Of a DNA stretch of 64,000 nucleotides, positions 60,097 through 64,000 are shown piece by piece. The position numbers and the translations under genes were made by a program. The stretch comes from an uncultured Acidobacteriota bacterium (GTDB taxonomy: Bacteria; Acidobacteriota; Vicinamibacteria; Vicinamibacterales; UBA8438). The first letter of the stretch is position 1, and each line of letters begins with the position of its first letter. Location: NCBI GenBank assembly GCA_913043225.1, contig CAJWLU010000002.1, positions 224,001 through 288,000 on the forward strand, given 5' to 3'. The notes under the pieces were generated by a model, which worked only from the letters and a program-made list of their open reading frames with translations, was not told the origin of the DNA and made no database searches.

Positions 60097-61464
60097 TTAT
60101 CGGAAACAGCGAGCAGGGTAGTCCATCTGCAAATAGCCAGGGGCGCCTGCAGGGAAGGGAGAGGTGGCCCCGCGTTCGCGCAGGACTGGCGCGAGTTCCG
60201 GGTACTGCCGACCGAGGTTACCGTAGAAGATCCCCTGGGCGATGGTGAGCGGGGTCCAGCCGCACTCGTTGACGTGGTTGAGCTCGGCGCCCTCGTCCAG
60301 CAGAAACTCGGTGAGTTCCTTGGCGTCGCGGAGCACGGCTCCGTGAACGGCCGTGTCGCCATGCGCGTCGATGGTTGTCACGACGTCGCCGAGGTCCATC
60401 ATCAGCTTGACCGCTTCGAGTGCTTCCTCCTTGCTGCCCGCGCTCTCGTTCGGCCACACCCCGACCCCGGCCGCGACCAGGAGCGCCGTCGTGCCGTCCT
60501 CGTTGGTCAGAAATGGGTCGGCGCCTAGCGCGAGCAACAGCCGCATCATCTCGAGGTCGACGACCTTGGCGGCGAGCAGGAAGGGCGTGGCGCCGATCCG
60601 ATTCAGGTAGTTGCGGTATCCGTCGCGCGGCTCCTTCGTCTGCCGAGCGTTGACGTCAGCCCCGTGCTCGACCAGCGCCCGGACCAGTTCCAGATCGGTT
60701 ACCCACCCGCTCTGTCTCGGCGACGGGTTGTGCTGGTTCTTGTTGGTGTTTGGTCGTTTGGTCCAGACCACCTGGTGCAGGGCTGTCCAGCCTTGTTCCG
60801 CGGCATTGGGATTTGCCCCACGGTCAAGGAGGTGTGTGGCCAGGTCGTAGTGGGCGTTGATGATGGCTACTACCAGGGCACCCGTTCCGTCCGGCAAGGT
60901 CTGGTGGATGTTGGCACCGGCATCGAGCAGTGCGTCGACGGTTTCGATGTGTCCCAGCCGGGTCGCGAACATCAGCGGGTTGAAGCCGGCGTCCGACCGC
61001 TCGTCCACGTCGGCACCCGCCGCCACCAGGGGCCCAACGACGTCAGCGTGGCGTTCGGCGGCCGCCCACATGAGTGCCGTCTGTCCCCGCAAGTCCTCCC
61101 GCGCGGCCGGGTCGGCGCCATGCGTCAGCAGCGACTCGACGCTGGCGACGACGCCAGTTCTGGCGGCAACCATCAAAGGCGTCTCGCCGGCCGGCGACGC
61201 CAGATTTGGGTTGGCGCCGGCATCGAGCAGCCGCGCCACGATCGCCGCATGTCCGCCGTGGATGGCCAGGGTCAGCGGCGTGACGCCCCGCGATGTGAGC
61301 AGGTTCGGGTCGGTGCCCTGGCCCAGGGCATGTTCGACCGCGGCGAGGTTTCCCTCGTGAGCCGCGTGGTGTAGGGCCGAGTCGCCGTCACCGTCCGATT
61401 GCGCGTGCGCGAGCAGTGGAAGAGCCAGCAGGGACAGGATGGCAACGATGGCAGACCGTCCCAT
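60097..61464 (-). CDS. Exported ankyrin repeat protein
   Basis: Signal peptide from ATG 61464; many GxTPL/TAL...LLxxGAxxN repeats. Confidence 0.9.
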   Translation of the reverse strand: MGRSAIVAILSLLALPLLAHAQSDGDGDSALHHAAHEGNLAAVEHALGQGTDPNLLTSRGVTPLTLAIHGGHAAIVARLLDAGANPNLASPAGETPLMVAARTGVVASVESLLTHGADPAAREDLRGQTALMWAAAERHADVVGPLVAAGADVDERSDAGFNPLMFATRLGHIETVDALLDAGANIHQTLPDGTGALVVAIINAHYDLATHLLDRGANPNAAEQGWTALHQVVWTKRPNTNKNQHNPSPRQSGWVTDLELVRALVEHGADVNARQTKEPRDGYRNYLNRIGATPFLLAAKVVDLEMMRLLLALGADPFLTNEDGTTALLVAAGVGVWPNESAGSKEEALEAVKLMMDLGDVVTTIDAHGDTAVHGAVLRDAKELTEFLLDEGAELNHVNECGWTPLTIAQGIFYGNLGRQYPELAPVLRERGATSPFPAGAPGYLQMDYPARCFR

Positions 61465-61557
61465 TTCGCTAACCCCCAAAGCGCCGGTCTCTTGACGGCA
61501 AGACCAGCGACCTGACAGGCCTCGTGCCCCGTGCTCCTCTGGCCACAATGCCTCGCA

Positions 61558-62910
61558 TTAGAGATCTGCCAGCGGTGTCAGTGCCTGGAGCCGCCCGGTG
61601 CTGTCTCCCAGCCCGCCGTCGATCCGGACCCCAGCCTTGTCGAGCTGGCTGACAAGCAGATTCGTCATCGGCGTGTCTCGTAGGTACTGTAGGTGTCGTC
61701 CGCCCTTGAGCTGGCCGGCCGAGCCTCCCGCCAGCAGTAGCGGCAGGTCGAAGTGCGAGTGCTTGTTGCTGTCGCTCAGCGACGCGCCGTACAGCAGCAA
61801 CGAGTGGTCGAGCAGGGAGCCGTCCCCATCCGACGTGCTCGCTAGCTCGTCCAGGAAATTCGCGAACAGCGAAACGTGGAATGTGTTGATCTTCGCCAGT
61901 TGGGCCAGTTTCAGCGGGTCGTCCCGATGGTGTGATAGCCCGTGGTGCGAGTCGGGAATGCCCAGTTCTGGATAGGCGCGTCCGTTGAGTTCACGCCCTA
62001 GCATGAAGGTGAACACGCGAGTCAAGTCCACCTGGTAGGCCAGCGACAGCATGTCGAACATCAGCTTGACATGTTCCTGGTATGACTCGGGGATGCCCAC
62101 CGGTTTCTCGATGGTTGGGAGCTCCGTCTCGTTCTGCTCTGAGAGCTGGATCCGGCGTTCCACCGAGCGCACCGCATCGAGATACTGTGACAGCCGCGCC
62201 TGATCCTGAGAGCCGACCTCGCGCTGAAGGCGGGCTAGGTCAGTTGAGATTGCGTCGAGGATGCTACGGTCCCTGCGCGACTCGGCGTGTCGATGGGCGG
62301 CGGAGCCACCCTCGCCGAATAAGCGCTCGAAGACGACTCGTGGATTGTTCTCCATCGGCAATGGCGTCGTCGGGTCCTGCCACGCAATGGTGTTCATGTA
62401 GATACAGCTGTAGCCGTTGTCACAGCTCCCGACCAGGAAGTCCTGTTCGATCGCGAGTTCCAGCGAGCGGAGGGGTGTCGTCTGACCGAGCTGGTCGGCG
62501 GCGAACTGGTCGGCCGTTTTCCCGGCCCGCACGTCAGCGCCCTCCGTTTCTTTCGGGTGCACGCCGTTAAGCCAGGTCGCCGTGGCCCGGGTGTGCTCGC
62601 CGTTGCCGTCCCCTAGGGCTTCAGCCTGTCCTTGGGCGAGTCCGCTGACGACCACCGTGCGGTCGCGGTGTGTGGCGAGCGGGTTCAAGATTGACGACAG
62701 CTCGAGTGTGCCCGCGTGCTCCGGTGTCCAGGCGTGCATCGCCATGCCGTTCGGCGCATAAACCCACCCGAGCCGACGCACTGGCGCGGCCGCGCGGCCG
62801 GAGAGGCCGGACAGTGCCGGTACCATCGCGTCGAGCATCGGCAGGGCGAGGGTGGCGCCCACGCCGCGGAGCATAGTGCGGCGCGAGAGGGTTTTCTTCG
62901 AGACGATCAT
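61558..62910 (-). CDS. DUF1552 (HXXSHH) domain protein with Tat-like signal
   Basis: SRRTMLRG, PNG, CDNGYSC, NPRVVFERLF, SHHGLSHH, GSLLDHS. Confidence 0.9.
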   Translation of the reverse strand: MIVSKKTLSRRTMLRGVGATLALPMLDAMVPALSGLSGRAAAPVRRLGWVYAPNGMAMHAWTPEHAGTLELSSILNPLATHRDRTVVVSGLAQGQAEALGDGNGEHTRATATWLNGVHPKETEGADVRAGKTADQFAADQLGQTTPLRSLELAIEQDFLVGSCDNGYSCIYMNTIAWQDPTTPLPMENNPRVVFERLFGEGGSAAHRHAESRRDRSILDAISTDLARLQREVGSQDQARLSQYLDAVRSVERRIQLSEQNETELPTIEKPVGIPESYQEHVKLMFDMLSLAYQVDLTRVFTFMLGRELNGRAYPELGIPDSHHGLSHHRDDPLKLAQLAKINTFHVSLFANFLDELASTSDGDGSLLDHSLLLYGASLSDSNKHSHFDLPLLLAGGSAGQLKGGRHLQYLRDTPMTNLLVSQLDKAGVRIDGGLGDSTGRLQALTPLADL

Positions 62911-64000
62911 GACGCCGTTCTCCTCATGTTGAACGGTGGACTCTTGACGATGCCCAGGACGATGTCCGTGAACCGATAGTTAGCGTCCGACGCGTCCCGG
63001 ACGATCCCGCGCACGGTCGGCGCGTCGTGGTACTCAAGACCGCGGCCTAGGGCGAAGATCATGAGCTTCTCCGTTAGGGTACTCACGAAACGTTCAGGAT
63101 TCGAGACCAACGCGTCTCGGAGGCCCTCGGCCCCCTCGAACTCGGTGCCGTCGGGCAGTGCTCCCGAGGCGTCGATCGGCGCGTTCGCCTCCGATCGGGC
63201 GCGAAAGCGGCCCACCGCGTCGAATTCTTCCAGCGCGAATCCGGGCGGGTCCATCATCCGGTGGCAGCTCGCGCAGACGGGGTTCGCCCGGTGCCGCTCC
63301 ATCGCCTCACGCATCGAGAGGGCTGCGCCGCCCGCGGCCGCGCTCTCGAGATCCGGGACGTTCGGCGGCGGGGCCGCCGGGGGAGTGCCGAGCAGATTCT
63401 CGAGTACCCACTTCCCTCGTAGCACCGGTGACGTCCGGTTCGGATAGGAGGTGATCGCCAGCACGCTCGCGTGGCCCAGCAGCCCCCGCCGTGCTGGAGG
63501 TAGCTCTTCGAGCGACACGCGGCGGAAGTGACTGCCGTAAATGTGCGGGATGTCATAGTGGCGGGCCAGCCGCTCGTTGACGAACGTGTAGTCGGCGGTC
63601 AGCAACTCAAGCACACTCCGGTCCTCGCGGAAGACGCTGTCGAGGAACATCTCCGTTTCCCGTTGCATTGCCCGGCGGAGCGCTTCACCGACATCCGGAA
63701 AGAGATCTTCGTCGGGATAGACCGCCGGGACATTACGCAGGTAGAGCCATTGGCTCGAGAAGTTCGTCACTAGCGACCGGGCGCGCGGGTCGGCGAGCAT
63801 ACGGTGGGTCTGCCGCTCGAGCTCGTCCGGATCACTGAGGCGTCCCTGGGCGGCTACTTCGAGGAGTTCGTCGTCTGGCAGGCTCGACCACAGGAAGAAT
63901 GACAGGCGAGACGCTAGCTCCAGATCGCTGATCGTGTAGTTGGTCCCGGGCGGAAGGCCGTCCGGATCGCGCTCGGCCCTGAGCACAAACTCCGGGCTGG
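62907..64000 (-). CDS. DUF1592/DUF1588/DUF1585 (PSD) domain protein, partial
   Basis: ELASRLSFFLWSSLPD, TFVNERLARHY, TSPVLRGKWV, heme-type CASCH, FALGRG; the 5' end lies outside the window. Confidence 0.9.
   Translation of the reverse strand, partial: SPEFVLRAERDPDGLPPGTNYTISDLELASRLSFFLWSSLPDDELLEVAAQGRLSDPDELERQTHRMLADPRARSLVTNFSSQWLYLRNVPAVYPDEDLFPDVGEALRRAMQRETEMFLDSVFREDRSVLELLTADYTFVNERLARHYDIPHIYGSHFRRVSLEELPPARRGLLGHASVLAITSYPNRTSPVLRGKWVLENLLGTPPAAPPPNVPDLESAAAGGAALSMREAMERHRANPVCASCHRMMDPPGFALEEFDAVGRFRARSEANAPIDASGALPDGTEFEGAEGLRDALVSNPERFVSTLTEKLMIFALGRGLEYHDAPTVRGIVRDASDANYRFTDIVLGIVKSPPFNMRRTAS

Overview
High-GC, gene-dense bacterial chromosomal window. The gene content (Oar-type TonB receptor, several PQQ-like beta-propellers, a DUF1592-DUF1552-ankyrin module, DUF349, an M28-PDZ peptidase) suggests Acidobacteriota, probably Vicinamibacteria-like; this is inference only. 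I found about 45 CDSs and no rRNA, tRNA, CRISPR array, transposase or phage gene. The best candidate for an undescribed system is a tightly coupled minus-strand operon at about 13544 to 2665. Its order is TonB receptor, Fe-alcohol dehydrogenase, secreted PQQ-like propeller, a HemN-like radical SAM enzyme that is neither HemN nor HemW, a UbiC-like chorismate lyase, a flavin-dependent halogenase, a 4HBT-type thioesterase, a PaaK-like aryl-CoA ligase and a decayed VOC gene. It reads like a carrier-protein-free pathway that makes, CoA-activates, halogenates or radical-modifies, and releases a 4-hydroxybenzoate-derived compound. Other notable items are a 211-nt multi-stem structured element filling a convergent intergenic gap, and three divergent gene pairs whose -10 hexamers sit 6-8 nt before the start codon (probably leaderless mRNAs). 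There is also a BtuB-like receptor followed by two paralogous lipoproteins, an ACP-FAAL-acyltransferase fusion, tandem cyclophilins with one degenerate active site, a topo IV-like pair in A-before-B order coupled to a Nudix gene, and several gene relics (VOC, GNAT, Lhr helicase, beta-barrel C-terminus). All family assignments come from motif recognition by eye; no database search was run.
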